This document shows positions 19,292 through 28,668 of a stretch of DNA of 64,000 bases, piece by piece. How positions within the stretch are numbered: the stretch's first letter is position 1; every line of letters starts with the position of its first letter. The notes beneath the pieces are model-generated. The model worked only from the letters and a program-made list of their open reading frames with translations, was not told where the DNA came from and did not search any database. The DNA comes from Anaerolineales bacterium (GTDB lineage Bacteria; Chloroflexota; Anaerolineae; Anaerolineales; UBA11858), in assembly GCA_046483045.1 (NCBI GenBank), contig JAWODY010000081.1, positions 98,666 through 162,665 of the forward strand, written 5' to 3'. Both the position numbers and the translations under genes were made by a program.

Positions 19292-20683
19292 TCAGGTTAT
19301 TGATATCTGGATCGACCCGGTATCTTTGGCGGACTCATCCACGGGGACAGCGGTTAGATCGTAGACCATGGCCCCATTGATCTCCACAGGGACAATATCT
19401 CCCACAGGAACTTCGCCCTCAACGATGACCATACCGTCAATCTCAGGCGCGTCACGGTAGGAACGACCCAGAGTAATCATATCGGTGGTGCCTTCGATCA
19501 TCCCCTGCCCTTCCATCAAGACATTAAGCGTTTTCCCTACCAGGGCCTGGTTCTTTGCTAAAGAAATGTTTTGCTGCCGGACCATCAACTCCTCTTTACG
19601 GGCTTCTTTGACGTCCTCCGGGATGGGATCTCCCAAGGATTCCGAAGGGGTTCCCTGTTCAAAAGAGAATGTGAACGTACCCACGCGGTCGAACTGGATG
19701 TCTTCGATAAACCCTAACAGCGCTTCAAACTCTTCTTGTGTTTCTCCGGGAAAACCAACCAGAAACGTAGATCGCAGCGCGATCTCCGGCATCGCCTCCC
19801 GCAGTTTTTCAACGGTCTCATAGACCCATTCCACATTCGCCGGCCGATGCATGCGCCGCAGCGTATCGGGATGCCCATGCTGCAGCGGCATATCCAGGTA
19901 AGGGAGAATTTGCGGATGACTGGCCATGACATCGATCAAACGATCCGTCACATAGCCGGGATAGGCGTACAGGACACGGATCCAATCCACATCCGGTACC
20001 GCTTCCGTCAGATTTACCAACAACCGGGCCAGCCCGTTTTCCATCCCCAGATCATGCCCGTAATCCGTGGTATCCTGGGCGATGAGATTGATCTCCCGGA
20101 CTCCGTTATCTCGTAACAGACGGGCTTCATCAAGGATCTCAGCTATGGGGCGGCTGACCAGGGTGCCCTTAATCAATGGGATAGCGCAGAACGCACAGGG
20201 GCGGCGGCAGCCGTCCGCGATCTTGAGGTAAGCGCTGGTCCCCTGCAGATGGGCCTGAATGGCACCTCGTGTATCCCGGCCCACCGTGTTCACTTCAGGG
20301 AGATGATAAAGGGGTTCGGCGCGATCCCCTTTTCGCAAGGTGTTGACCACCTCGAGGATATCCATCCAGCGCCTCGTGCCCAAGACACCATCCAGGCGGG
20401 GAACCTGCCGGACGACCTCCTGTCCGTAACGTTGAGTCAAACATCCTGCTGCAATTAACACCTGACCGGGTTCTTTATGATTGACCAGATCCCTTAAAAC
20501 TTTATACGACTCCTCCCGGGCAGGTCTGATGAATCCGCAGGTATTAACGATGAGCACCTCAGCCTCGCTGGGTGAGTCCACCGGTGAAAAACCATCATGG
20601 TTCAAAATCTGAGCCATGCCATCGGAATCAACCGTGTTTTTCGCACAACCCAAAGAAACCATGTGAAACGTCTTTTCTTTCAT
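19292..20683 (-). CDS. rimO: ribosomal protein S12 methylthiotransferase RimO
   Basis: 463 aa. N-terminal MTTase domain (VSLGCAKNTVDSDGM), radical-SAM CxxxCxxC (CRRPCAFCAIP), and a C-terminal TRAM-like domain. Confidence 0.85.
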   Translation of the reverse strand: MKEKTFHMVSLGCAKNTVDSDGMAQILNHDGFSPVDSPSEAEVLIVNTCGFIRPAREESYKVLRDLVNHKEPGQVLIAAGCLTQRYGQEVVRQVPRLDGVLGTRRWMDILEVVNTLRKGDRAEPLYHLPEVNTVGRDTRGAIQAHLQGTSAYLKIADGCRRPCAFCAIPLIKGTLVSRPIAEILDEARLLRDNGVREINLIAQDTTDYGHDLGMENGLARLLVNLTEAVPDVDWIRVLYAYPGYVTDRLIDVMASHPQILPYLDMPLQHGHPDTLRRMHRPANVEWVYETVEKLREAMPEIALRSTFLVGFPGETQEEFEALLGFIEDIQFDRVGTFTFSFEQGTPSESLGDPIPEDVKEARKEELMVRQQNISLAKNQALVGKTLNVLMEGQGMIEGTTDMITLGRSYRDAPEIDGMVIVEGEVPVGDIVPVEINGAMVYDLTAVPVDESAKDTGSIQISIT

Positions 20684-20720
20684 AGATCTCTACCTTTCAT
20701 CGCGAAGACGATCCTCCCCT

Positions 20721-21968
20721 TCACTCAGCTGTAGGCTGCGGCGTGAGCGTGGGCGTCGGGGTATCTTCGGGGGTGGGCGTGATCGTGGGCGTCGGGGAAA
20801 TCGTGGGTGTCGGCGTAAATGCCCCTTCTTCTGTATACACCAGGTTAACCACCTCTCCAAACAATCCCAACACGCCCAAATCCCGCTGGTTGTAGATGAC
20901 TTTCACCGCTGCTGCGTTCCCGGTCAACAACTCCACCCGCTCCTCACCGTCGAATACGTGTACGCTGCCCGGCATAACGCGGCCGTTGAAAGCCTCCTGC
21001 CCATCTACGATCACCTGCATCCACGCCCGCTGGTTTACGATGATTTGTATATTCAAGTTCCCGACTGCGTTGGCAGGCTGGGTGGGCTGGGTGTCTGGAG
21101 TCAGCGTAGCCGTCGGGAGATCATCACCATCCCCCTCCACCCCCACGTCGATCTCATCTTCAAGGGTCTCTGTGGGCGTCATTGTTAACGTATAGGTGGG
21201 CGAAGGCAGCAGCACCTGGGCCACACCGGGAATCGTGGAGGTCCCCTTTGCATTATCCCCATCCCTGTTGAAAACCAGCAAGCTGGACCAGATGATGACC
21301 ACACCCAAAAAGAGCACAATCAACAGACCTAACATCAGATTTCCCGAGAGAAACCTCCTCCATTTAAGTGGAATGGAGAAAACCCCTTTCTTTGAGGGAG
21401 AAGCCTTCTTTTTTATGTTCAAACGCGCCTGAAGAACATCGGCATAAGAAAGGAGCAGAGTATCTGTGTCCAAGCCCAAGAACTCAGCATAGTTCTTCAA
21501 CATTCCTTTGCCCTGCACGGTGGAGGGTAAATCATCCAGCCTGCCTTCCTCTATGGCCCTCAAATAACGCGCGTGAATATGGATTTGCCTTTCTACATCC
21601 TCAACAGAAAAGCCCAGCGTTTCCCGCTGATCCTGGAGCGTTTTCCCGATATCCCCTAATTCGCCTTCTCCGGATTTTGCAGCTCGCGCAGATGAAGCCG
21701 TTTGGGGTTGATTCCCATCTTCGCGTGGGATCATTGAATACGACTCCTGCAGGAGATAGGAGTCCGCATCCAAACCAAGGTAATCGGCGTAGGAACGGAC
21801 AAACCCCCGCTGTTGAACCGCAGAAGGGAGTTCCTCTAAATGCCCTTCTTCAATCGCACGCAGGTAACGCTCCTTGATCTTGGTCGCATGCGCTGCTTCT
21901 GTCAAGGTGATGTCTTGACTGCGGCGCGCTTCTTTTATCTGCTGCCCCAACAATTGTTCCATAGCCAC
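20721..21968 (-). CDS. RodZ-like membrane protein with duplicated HTH module
   Basis: 415 aa. Two XRE-type HTH units each carry RYLRAIEEG(H/R)L..LPS.VQ. These are followed by one TM segment, a DUF4115-like beta domain (NLNIQIIVNQRAWMQVIVDG), and a PT-repeat tail. Confidence 0.7.
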   Translation of the reverse strand: MAMEQLLGQQIKEARRSQDITLTEAAHATKIKERYLRAIEEGHLEELPSAVQQRGFVRSYADYLGLDADSYLLQESYSMIPREDGNQPQTASSARAAKSGEGELGDIGKTLQDQRETLGFSVEDVERQIHIHARYLRAIEEGRLDDLPSTVQGKGMLKNYAEFLGLDTDTLLLSYADVLQARLNIKKKASPSKKGVFSIPLKWRRFLSGNLMLGLLIVLFLGVVIIWSSLLVFNRDGDNAKGTSTIPGVAQVLLPSPTYTLTMTPTETLEDEIDVGVEGDGDDLPTATLTPDTQPTQPANAVGNLNIQIIVNQRAWMQVIVDGQEAFNGRVMPGSVHVFDGEERVELLTGNAAAVKVIYNQRDLGVLGLFGEVVNLVYTEEGAFTPTPTISPTPTITPTPEDTPTPTLTPQPTAE

Positions 21969-22071
21969 CCCGCTAGATAAGTTAAGGGGTCATTGATAGC
22001 AAAGACCGGCCTGGGTTTATCCAAAGAAGGCCCCAGACCGGTTCACGCATTCTTTTTACAGAAGGGGTTGA

Positions 22072-22791
22072 TTACTCAGCTATCTCTTCCTCTGATTCAA
22101 CCTCTTCAGCTTCCTCATCCTCCAAATTTTCCTGATCCAATTCCGCTTCTTCCTCTTTAGCTTCCATGTCCCCTTGATCAGGCCCGGCTTCCTCTGAGTC
22201 AACCTCTTCCCCTTCAGCTTCAGTCTCCTCCGTCTCGCTTTCTTCCTCTTCAGCTTCACCGTCAACTTCCTCGCTGATCTCTTCTAAAGCCTCTTGGGCC
22301 TTCAAAGCTTCCTGCTCTTCTTCTTCCAAAGCGGATTCAGGAGATTCGCCCTCCCGGTGGACAATGACTTCCACTTCGGGAATCAGATCCACCGTCAGGC
22401 GTACAGATACATTGTGTAAGCCAATTTCACGCAGGGGCTGAGATTCGATTTGTTTGGCTTCGATCTCCACGCCAATTTCCTCCCCCACCGCTTCAGCCAG
22501 CATCTGCGTGTTGACAGAGCCATACAAACGGCCTGTTTCACTGGCTTTCACCGCAAAGGTGAACAATTGGCCATCCAGCTGCTCCGCTACGCCGCTCATC
22601 TCTTCATTGATGCGGGCCCGCTTCTTCTCACCTTCTTTGCGAATCCGGCCAGCCTGTTTAATGGCTCCAGGGGTAGCCAGAACCGCCAGACCCTGGGGCA
22701 TGAGATAATTCCGCGCGTAACCCGGGGCGACTTTCTTGACCTCCCCCGCACGTCCTAATTTATACACATCTTCAAGTAAAAGAATTTTCAT
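22072..22791 (-). CDS. rplI: 50S ribosomal protein L9 with long acidic C-terminal extension
   Basis: The first ~148 aa are canonical L9 (MKILLLEDVYKLGRAGEVKKVAPGYARNYLMPQGLAV). A further ~90 aa are dominated by Glu/Asp. Confidence 0.9.
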   Translation of the reverse strand: MKILLLEDVYKLGRAGEVKKVAPGYARNYLMPQGLAVLATPGAIKQAGRIRKEGEKKRARINEEMSGVAEQLDGQLFTFAVKASETGRLYGSVNTQMLAEAVGEEIGVEIEAKQIESQPLREIGLHNVSVRLTVDLIPEVEVIVHREGESPESALEEEEQEALKAQEALEEISEEVDGEAEEEESETEETEAEGEEVDSEEAGPDQGDMEAKEEEAELDQENLEDEEAEEVESEEEIAE

Positions 22792-22870
22792 TTTTCAAGC
22801 CCTTTCCTTAGTTATAAAAACTTCAAACAAAGGCCTCGGGCGAAGGGTACAACGCTCCGAGACGGAGGAA

Positions 22871-22899
22871 ATTTTACCAGATTGAGGTGGGATCGTCAA
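22871..22899 (-). promoter_or_regulatory. putative rplI promoter
   Basis: Minus strand: TTGACG (22899-22894), 17-nt spacer, TAAAAT (22876-22871). This gives a ~70-nt leader. Confidence 0.6.
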
Positions 22900-23084
22900 C
22901 AACCGGCATTCCTGTGAGCGTGAAGGCGAAAGGAAGGGTTCCTTTCCTTGTGTATAATCATAGGGATGTATGAGATAGGGGATGAAATCCTCCACTCCCG
23001 ACCCGATCAGAAGAGGAGAGCTTACTTCATTCCAATGCCTCCTTGAGGGTCAGCTTTGGGAAGATGTGAAAAGGATCAAACAGC

Positions 23085-24413
23085 ATGTCAAAAAACCTGG
23101 TAAATATACCTTTTGCACCTCGTCGTTGGCCATTTTTCTACGGATGGTTCATCCTGGCAGCCGGAACGATTGGCTTTATTTTGAGTGTACCGGGGCAAAC
23201 AATCGGGATCTCTCCCTTTACAAAACCCTTGAGGGAAACCTTGGGGCTGTCTCAAACCACTCTCAGCTTGGCATACATGGTTGGAACTCTCGCCAGCGCT
23301 TCATTGTTAACCTATGCAGGACATTTTTACGACCGCTTTGGCGCGCGTGTGACAAGCATTGCAGCAAGCATAGGGATGGGATTGGTATTGCTGTACTTAA
23401 GCCAAGCAAAGGGAATTTCCAACGCTGCAAGCCAACTCCTCTCCCTGCAAAGCTCCCCATACATGCCTCTTGTCGTCCTTGTTCTGGGTTTCTTCTTGCT
23501 CCGATTCTTTGGTCAAAGCATGCTGACCATGGCTTCCTCCAACATGATTATGAAATGGTTCAAGGCCCATCGAGGGCTGGCTGGAGGGATCATGAACGTG
23601 TTCACCCCCCTCGGTTTTTCCCTCGCTCCCCAAATTTTTAACCACATGAATGAGAACAAAGGCTGGAGCAAAACTTGGATGCTAACTGCGCTTGCCGTGG
23701 GTCTCGGATTCACGCTCTTTGCCGCTGTCTTTTACCGCGACAACCCCGAAGATTGCGGCCTGCAACCCGACGGCAAAACAAGAGCCAACGCAAAGGAAAC
23801 GCTGAACGGATGGGACGGAGGGATCTTCACATTGCCTGAAGCGCGCCAGACGTTCTCTTTCTGGGTCTTCAACTTGGCGCTCGCGTTGAATGCACTTTAT
23901 ATTACAGCGATCACTTTTCACATAGAATCCATTTTCGAGCAAGCGGGGCGGACAGGGGCTGCCGCTTTTAGGATCTTCCTCCCCATCTCTTTCACTTCCG
24001 TTGCCCTGGGCTTGATCGTAGGTTGGTTTAGCGATTACACAAAGCTCAAATTCCTGTTGATGACGATGACAGCTGGAATGCTAGCTTCTATGTTGGGGAT
24101 CCTTTTCTTAAGATCAAATTTCGGTTACATACTGATCATCATCGGAAATGGCGTATCCCAAGCCCTATTTGGGTTGCTGCTGTCCATCACCTGGCCCCGG
24201 TTCTTTGGCAAAAAACACTTGGGGGCTATCTCAGGATTCCAGCGCACGTGGATGGTATCATTCAGCTCTTTGGGGCCACACTTATTCAGCCTTTCCTTTG
24301 AAAACTTGGGTAGCTATCGACTGGCTGTCCTTTTATGTGCCCTCTTTACTGTCCTTCTTTTCGGAACAGCGCTCCTCGCGAACAAACCATCACAACCAGA
24401 AAGTAGCCCCTAG
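23085..24413 (+). CDS. MFS transporter
   Basis: 442 aa with about 12 hydrophobic segments in a 6+6 layout and a central loop. Substrate is unknown. Confidence 0.8.
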   Translation: MSKNLVNIPFAPRRWPFFYGWFILAAGTIGFILSVPGQTIGISPFTKPLRETLGLSQTTLSLAYMVGTLASASLLTYAGHFYDRFGARVTSIAASIGMGLVLLYLSQAKGISNAASQLLSLQSSPYMPLVVLVLGFFLLRFFGQSMLTMASSNMIMKWFKAHRGLAGGIMNVFTPLGFSLAPQIFNHMNENKGWSKTWMLTALAVGLGFTLFAAVFYRDNPEDCGLQPDGKTRANAKETLNGWDGGIFTLPEARQTFSFWVFNLALALNALYITAITFHIESIFEQAGRTGAAAFRIFLPISFTSVALGLIVGWFSDYTKLKFLLMTMTAGMLASMLGILFLRSNFGYILIIIGNGVSQALFGLLLSITWPRFFGKKHLGAISGFQRTWMVSFSSLGPHLFSLSFENLGSYRLAVLLCALFTVLLFGTALLANKPSQPESSP

Positions 24414-24476
24414 ATCTCTTTTTACCTTTAAGAAACGATAATCCCCTTCACAAATCAAAGCGTAGAAACCACCGTT

Positions 24477-25241
24477 TCACCGAAAGGTGAGGATGAGCCA
24501 CACTAGGGCCAACAATAAAAAAGCCATGATCAGGAACACCACATTCGCCACATCACGGGAACGTTTATCCTTAAGCTCCACAAGAGGAAATATCCCCTCC
24601 AGCTGGAAGAGAGGGCCAGCAAACCAGGTGAAGGCCACTCCTCCTAATAAACCCCCAATATGCCCCCAGTTGTCAATTCCCGGAGATAAACCGATGAGCA
24701 GGTTAATCAAAGCCACCTGGATGATCTGCCGTAGGGCTCCTTCAAAGCGCTCTCCTAAGAGATCGCGGTGCTGGTAGATGAACACCCCTTCCGCCCCCAG
24801 CAAGCCGAAGATAGCTGTGGAGGAACCCAAGGAGGACGCCTGTGTGAGCATGAAGGAGAAGATGTTTCCGCAAAACCCACTGATGATATATAAAGCCAGA
24901 AAGCGGGTGTGGCCAAAAAAACGCTCCAACCGCCGCCCCAAAATATACAGGGCGTACATGTTGAAGCCCAGATGAATGATGGAGCCGTGTAAGAGCATGG
25001 GGGTCAATAAACGCCAATACTGCCCCGCTTCGATCCAGCGATTATTTTTAACACCATAGGCCGCGGGCAGATCCTGCCCCAAGAGTAAGTTCGTCCCGAC
25101 CTGCAGTACAAAAACCAAAATGGATAACGCCAACAAGGTATAGGTGACAAGAGGTTCAGTTTGGGGAGTTTGAATGCGGGGTTGTGGGGCGGATTCCAAG
25201 CCCATTTCTTGCCCGGTTCTCTCCATTTCGCTTTCAGTCAT
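24477..25241 (-). CDS. rhomboid family intramembrane serine protease
   Basis: 254 aa. Contains HLGFNM, the catalytic-Ser motif GSSTAIFG, and the catalytic-His region GHIGGLLGG. Confidence 0.85.
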   Translation of the reverse strand: MTESEMERTGQEMGLESAPQPRIQTPQTEPLVTYTLLALSILVFVLQVGTNLLLGQDLPAAYGVKNNRWIEAGQYWRLLTPMLLHGSIIHLGFNMYALYILGRRLERFFGHTRFLALYIISGFCGNIFSFMLTQASSLGSSTAIFGLLGAEGVFIYQHRDLLGERFEGALRQIIQVALINLLIGLSPGIDNWGHIGGLLGGVAFTWFAGPLFQLEGIFPLVELKDKRSRDVANVVFLIMAFLLLALVWLILTFR

Positions 25242-25867
25242 AATTCAACGCTTCGCGGGTCTACTCGGTGCTGCTCCGCTTCGATGATGGCTTCAATAAC
25301 ATCGACCGTCTCGTCAAGCTCGCCCTCCCGATTGATGACCACATAATCAAACCACTCCATTTGTTTGAGCTCCTGGCGAACAGTTTGTAAGCGTATTTTT
25401 AGGCTTTCATCGTCTTCCGTCTCACGATTTTTCAAACGGCTCACCAGTTCTTCTTCATTCTGAGCGGTCAAGAAAATCAGGAGCGCATCCTGGACCAGAT
25501 TCCGCACCGTCTCCGCTCCCTGGACATCCACCCGCATGACGACATGTTTTCCACTTTCCAGCCCTTCCCTGACCTGCACTTTAGGAATACCTTTGTATTC
25601 ATCATAAACCACCGCGTATTCCAAAAGGTCCCCTCTGTCAATCATCTCCTCAAACTCCTCCTCGGAAACAAAAAAGTAATCCACGCCGTGCTCCTCCTCA
25701 GGACGGGGGGGACGCGACGTGGCAGTGATCACGAAATGCAAGGGCAGGTCGCGCTCTTTCAACTCTGCAATCACCGAGTCCTTACCTACCCCGGAAGGAC
25801 CGGAAATGACAATCAGCAAAGGATCCGGAGGGTTGGGGTGAAAACGGTTAGAGGGGAAATCGTTCAT
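25238..25867 (-). CDS. gmk: guanylate kinase
   Basis: P-loop GPSGVGKDS and a guanylate kinase core. The start is trimmed to MNDFPS (ATG at 25867). The stop overlaps the rhomboid start by 4 bp. Confidence 0.9.
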   Translation of the reverse strand: MNDFPSNRFHPNPPDPLLIVISGPSGVGKDSVIAELKERDLPLHFVITATSRPPRPEEEHGVDYFFVSEEEFEEMIDRGDLLEYAVVYDEYKGIPKVQVREGLESGKHVVMRVDVQGAETVRNLVQDALLIFLTAQNEEELVSRLKNRETEDDESLKIRLQTVRQELKQMEWFDYVVINREGELDETVDVIEAIIEAEQHRVDPRSVEL

Positions 25868-25895
25868 TTGAAATTCGTCCTCATTTAGATATAAT
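25868..25895 (+). promoter_or_regulatory. putative promoter of the zinc-ribbon gene
   Basis: TTGAAA (25868-25873), 16-nt spacer, TATAAT (25890-25895). Confidence 0.55.
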
Positions 25896-25938
25896 GTTTT
25901 TGATAGTCCTGCCAAAAAACTCCTGGGAGGAAGACATC

Positions 25939-26331
25939 ATGCCCACATACCAATATCGGTGTAAAGAGTGTAGGGAATCCTTTACCCTTTTCATGACATA
26001 TGAAGAGTTTGATCATCGGGACGTGCATTGTCCTCACTGCCAAAGTCCCCAGGTCGACCGTGTGATCGGATCGGTACGGGTCGCACATTCCAGCGAAAGC
26101 CGTCTGGAAGATCTGGCTGATCCCGCTGCATTAGCCAAGATGGAGGACGACCCCAAAGCTATGGGGAAAATGATGCGCCAGATGAGTGACGAAATGGGAG
26201 AGGATCTGGGTCCTGAATTTGATGAAGTCGTCGATCGTTTGGAACGGGGTCAAAGCCCAGAGGAGATTGAAAAAGACCTGCCTGACCTTGGGTCAGGAGG
26301 CGAAGAGTTCGACGACCCTTCTCCCTTTTAG
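25939..26331 (+). CDS. FmdB-family putative regulatory zinc-ribbon protein
   Basis: MPTYQYRCKECRESF...CPHCQS gives the two CxxC pairs typical of FmdB/CxxC_CxxC_SSSS zinc ribbons. The ATG is preceded by GGGAGGAAG. The C-terminal half is acidic. Confidence 0.7.
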   Translation: MPTYQYRCKECRESFTLFMTYEEFDHRDVHCPHCQSPQVDRVIGSVRVAHSSESRLEDLADPAALAKMEDDPKAMGKMMRQMSDEMGEDLGPEFDEVVDRLERGQSPEEIEKDLPDLGSGGEEFDDPSPF

Positions 26332-26395
26332 ACCATTGTACTATAAGAATTAAGGACCGAAATTCGTTGTGTTCCCTGTCCCAGCGCACCTCAAT

Positions 26396-27043
26396 TTAGG
26401 GGCCTGATCTTGCGTGCAGCCGTTCCAGTACGATGGCGAGAATCTGTTCCTGCACTGGATCAAAGGAACGTCCCGCGTCGACCACCACCCATCGCTCTGG
26501 TTCCGCTCCCGCCAACTGTAGATAGCCATCTCTCACCCGTTGGTGGAAATCCAGATCTAAAGCATCTAATCGGTTCAAGTTTCCCGCTTTGTTTCTCCGC
26601 ATCAAACCCAGGGCAGGGTCAATATCAAGCAAGATTGTCAAATCTGGCTCTAACCCCCCAGTCGCGTAGTGAATGATTTCCCGCAAAGGCGTCAAATCAT
26701 TTTGATGACCAAAGCCCTGATAGGCCAGCGTGGAGTCCGCAAAACGGTCACATAAAATCACCTGCCCTTTTTTCAGACCCGGCTTAATGACCTCTTCCAC
26801 AAGTTGAGCCCGGGATGCCTGGAGCAGTAAAGCCTCCGTACGGTCCACCATGGCTGTGTTTTCCAAGTCCAGAATCGTGTTCCGGATTTGATTCCCAATC
26901 GGCGTCCCTCCCGGTTCGCGCGTTTTCCGGACGAGGTATCCTTCCTCGATCAGGGCTGCAGCCAGAGGTTGCAACTGGGCCGTCTTCCCACTCCCCTCAG
27001 GTCCCTCGAAGGTGATGAACATCCCAGTCTTTTTTGGGTCCAT
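26396..27043 (-). CDS. tmk: thymidylate kinase
   Basis: FITFEGPEGSGKT P-loop, DRFADST and a lid region. The start may be the internal ATG at 27022. Confidence 0.9.
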   Translation of the reverse strand: MDPKKTGMFITFEGPEGSGKTAQLQPLAAALIEEGYLVRKTREPGGTPIGNQIRNTILDLENTAMVDRTEALLLQASRAQLVEEVIKPGLKKGQVILCDRFADSTLAYQGFGHQNDLTPLREIIHYATGGLEPDLTILLDIDPALGLMRRNKAGNLNRLDALDLDFHQRVRDGYLQLAGAEPERWVVVDAGRSFDPVQEQILAIVLERLHARSGP

Positions 27044-27105
27044 GATGATTTAAACACTCCCTGTACTTCTCCCCCAACCTATAGGGGTCAAGCTCTCATT
27101 TGCCT

Positions 27106-28668
27106 CTATTCTTCGTCCCGGAAGACACGCACCCGGCGGTTCGGGTCCTTGCCATAAGAATGGGAGGACAGGTTCGCTTGCCGGACCATCTGGTGTTGGA
27201 GCCGACGAATATAGGAAGTAGCAGGTGGCAGTTCCACCCATCGTTCCCCATTGAGTACAGCCTGAATCGCGCCCTGGGTTTGCTCCAAGGCCTCTTCCTC
27301 ATCCTGACTTAAAGAAGGGTCTTTGAGATTAAAGACATCCTTCAAAAAGCGCTCCATGCGTTTGCGTGTATTAGAGCGCAAGACATAAATGGGCATACCC
27401 AAGTCCTCTGCAGTCATGATCGGCTTAGGATTGTTGCGGTAGTGGTGTTTGAGGGTCACTGCCACAGACGCGTCCTGAACGCGCTCCTTCAGATCAATGG
27501 GGACTTCTAATTCCTTGGCCGCCTTTGACATCCTATCCCGGGCAATTCCATACGTAAAGAGGGACAGCGTTTCAAGCTCCCCCCTGGCCTGCTTATAATC
27601 CACGCCCGGGGTCTGATACGCGCTCTCCCGCTTTAACCCTGCGGCGGTCTTCTTCAACCTGGCCTTTTGAGGTTTTTTCCTGATCTTAATCTCCCCGCTT
27701 TCTTCGCGAGAGCGGATTTCCGGAACCAGCGGCTCTCCCCGTAACAAAGAATCCACGGCCGTGGCGACATCCTCGTGGATGGCAAGGATGTCGCGGGTTT
27801 GGATCTCTATTAGGGTATGAAAAGTGGGATTAGAGCGCCGTTCCAGGACGGTCTTTTGTGTCCCCCGCCGGCGGGCCTCTTCATCGGAGAGCGTGACCGA
27901 CTCTATTCCGCCCACCAAATCGGCCAGCGTGGGATTGATGAGCAAATTTTCCAGGGTATTGCCGTGCGCGGTGCCGATCAACTGCACCCCTCGCTCCGCG
28001 ATAGTTCGTGCCGCCAAGGCCTCCAGTTCCCGTCCGATCTCATCAATGACGATCACTTCCGGGTTGTGATTTTCCACCGCCTCGATCATAACCTCATGCT
28101 GTAAAGATGGTGAGGCAACCTGCATGCGGCGGGCTTTTCCTACTGCAGGATGAGGTACATCCCCATCCCCGCCTATTTCGTTGGAAGTGTCCACGATCAC
28201 CACCCGTTTTTTCTCAGCCAAAATCCGGGCCGCTTCCCGTAGCATGGTCGTCTTCCCCACCCCAGGTCGGCCTAAGAGAAGTAAGCTTTTGCCGCTCTCA
28301 ATAAAATCCTTGATGATATCCGTGGTCCCATACACCGCCCGGCCCACCCTGCAGGTCAAGCCCACGATATCCCCGCTGCGATTCCGGATGGCTGCAATAC
28401 GGTGAAGCGTACGTTCTAAACCTGCCCGGTTGTCGCCATCAAACTCCCCCACTCTTTGGACCACATAGGCAATATCTTCCCTGCTGATCTCCTTTTCGCG
28501 GAGCACAAGCTCCTCCTGGGAGAATCGAGCGGTGGGAACTCGTCCTAAGTCTAAAATCACTTCAATCAAGTCATCATTCCTGCCCAGCGAGTTGATCGGT
28601 TCGCTTAATCCTGGAGGCAGGATGTCGAATAGCGCATTCAAGTTATCTGTAATCTTATGATTTGACAT
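27106..28668 (-). CDS. SpoIIIAA/Ycf45-like AAA ATPase with C-terminal R3H domain
   Basis: 520 aa. Walker A GRPGVGKTT, Walker B VIVIDEIG, and a C-terminal R3H-like segment (IRRLQHQMVRQANLSSHSYGKDPNRRVRV). Confidence 0.75.
   Translation of the reverse strand: MSNHKITDNLNALFDILPPGLSEPINSLGRNDDLIEVILDLGRVPTARFSQEELVLREKEISREDIAYVVQRVGEFDGDNRAGLERTLHRIAAIRNRSGDIVGLTCRVGRAVYGTTDIIKDFIESGKSLLLLGRPGVGKTTMLREAARILAEKKRVVIVDTSNEIGGDGDVPHPAVGKARRMQVASPSLQHEVMIEAVENHNPEVIVIDEIGRELEALAARTIAERGVQLIGTAHGNTLENLLINPTLADLVGGIESVTLSDEEARRRGTQKTVLERRSNPTFHTLIEIQTRDILAIHEDVATAVDSLLRGEPLVPEIRSREESGEIKIRKKPQKARLKKTAAGLKRESAYQTPGVDYKQARGELETLSLFTYGIARDRMSKAAKELEVPIDLKERVQDASVAVTLKHHYRNNPKPIMTAEDLGMPIYVLRSNTRKRMERFLKDVFNLKDPSLSQDEEEALEQTQGAIQAVLNGERWVELPPATSYIRRLQHQMVRQANLSSHSYGKDPNRRVRVFRDEE

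Noticed and set aside
22080-22265. 61-aa extremely basic ORF (KRKKARRRR...) on the minus strand
   Set aside because: It is an alternative frame of the GAA/GAG-rich acidic tail of L9. Its composition is a mirror artefact of the real frame.
22982-23641. 219-aa plus-strand ORF upstream of and overlapping the MFS gene
   Set aside because: It lies in a different frame from the 442-aa MFS transporter, which shows a regular TM pattern. The ORF has no family resemblance.
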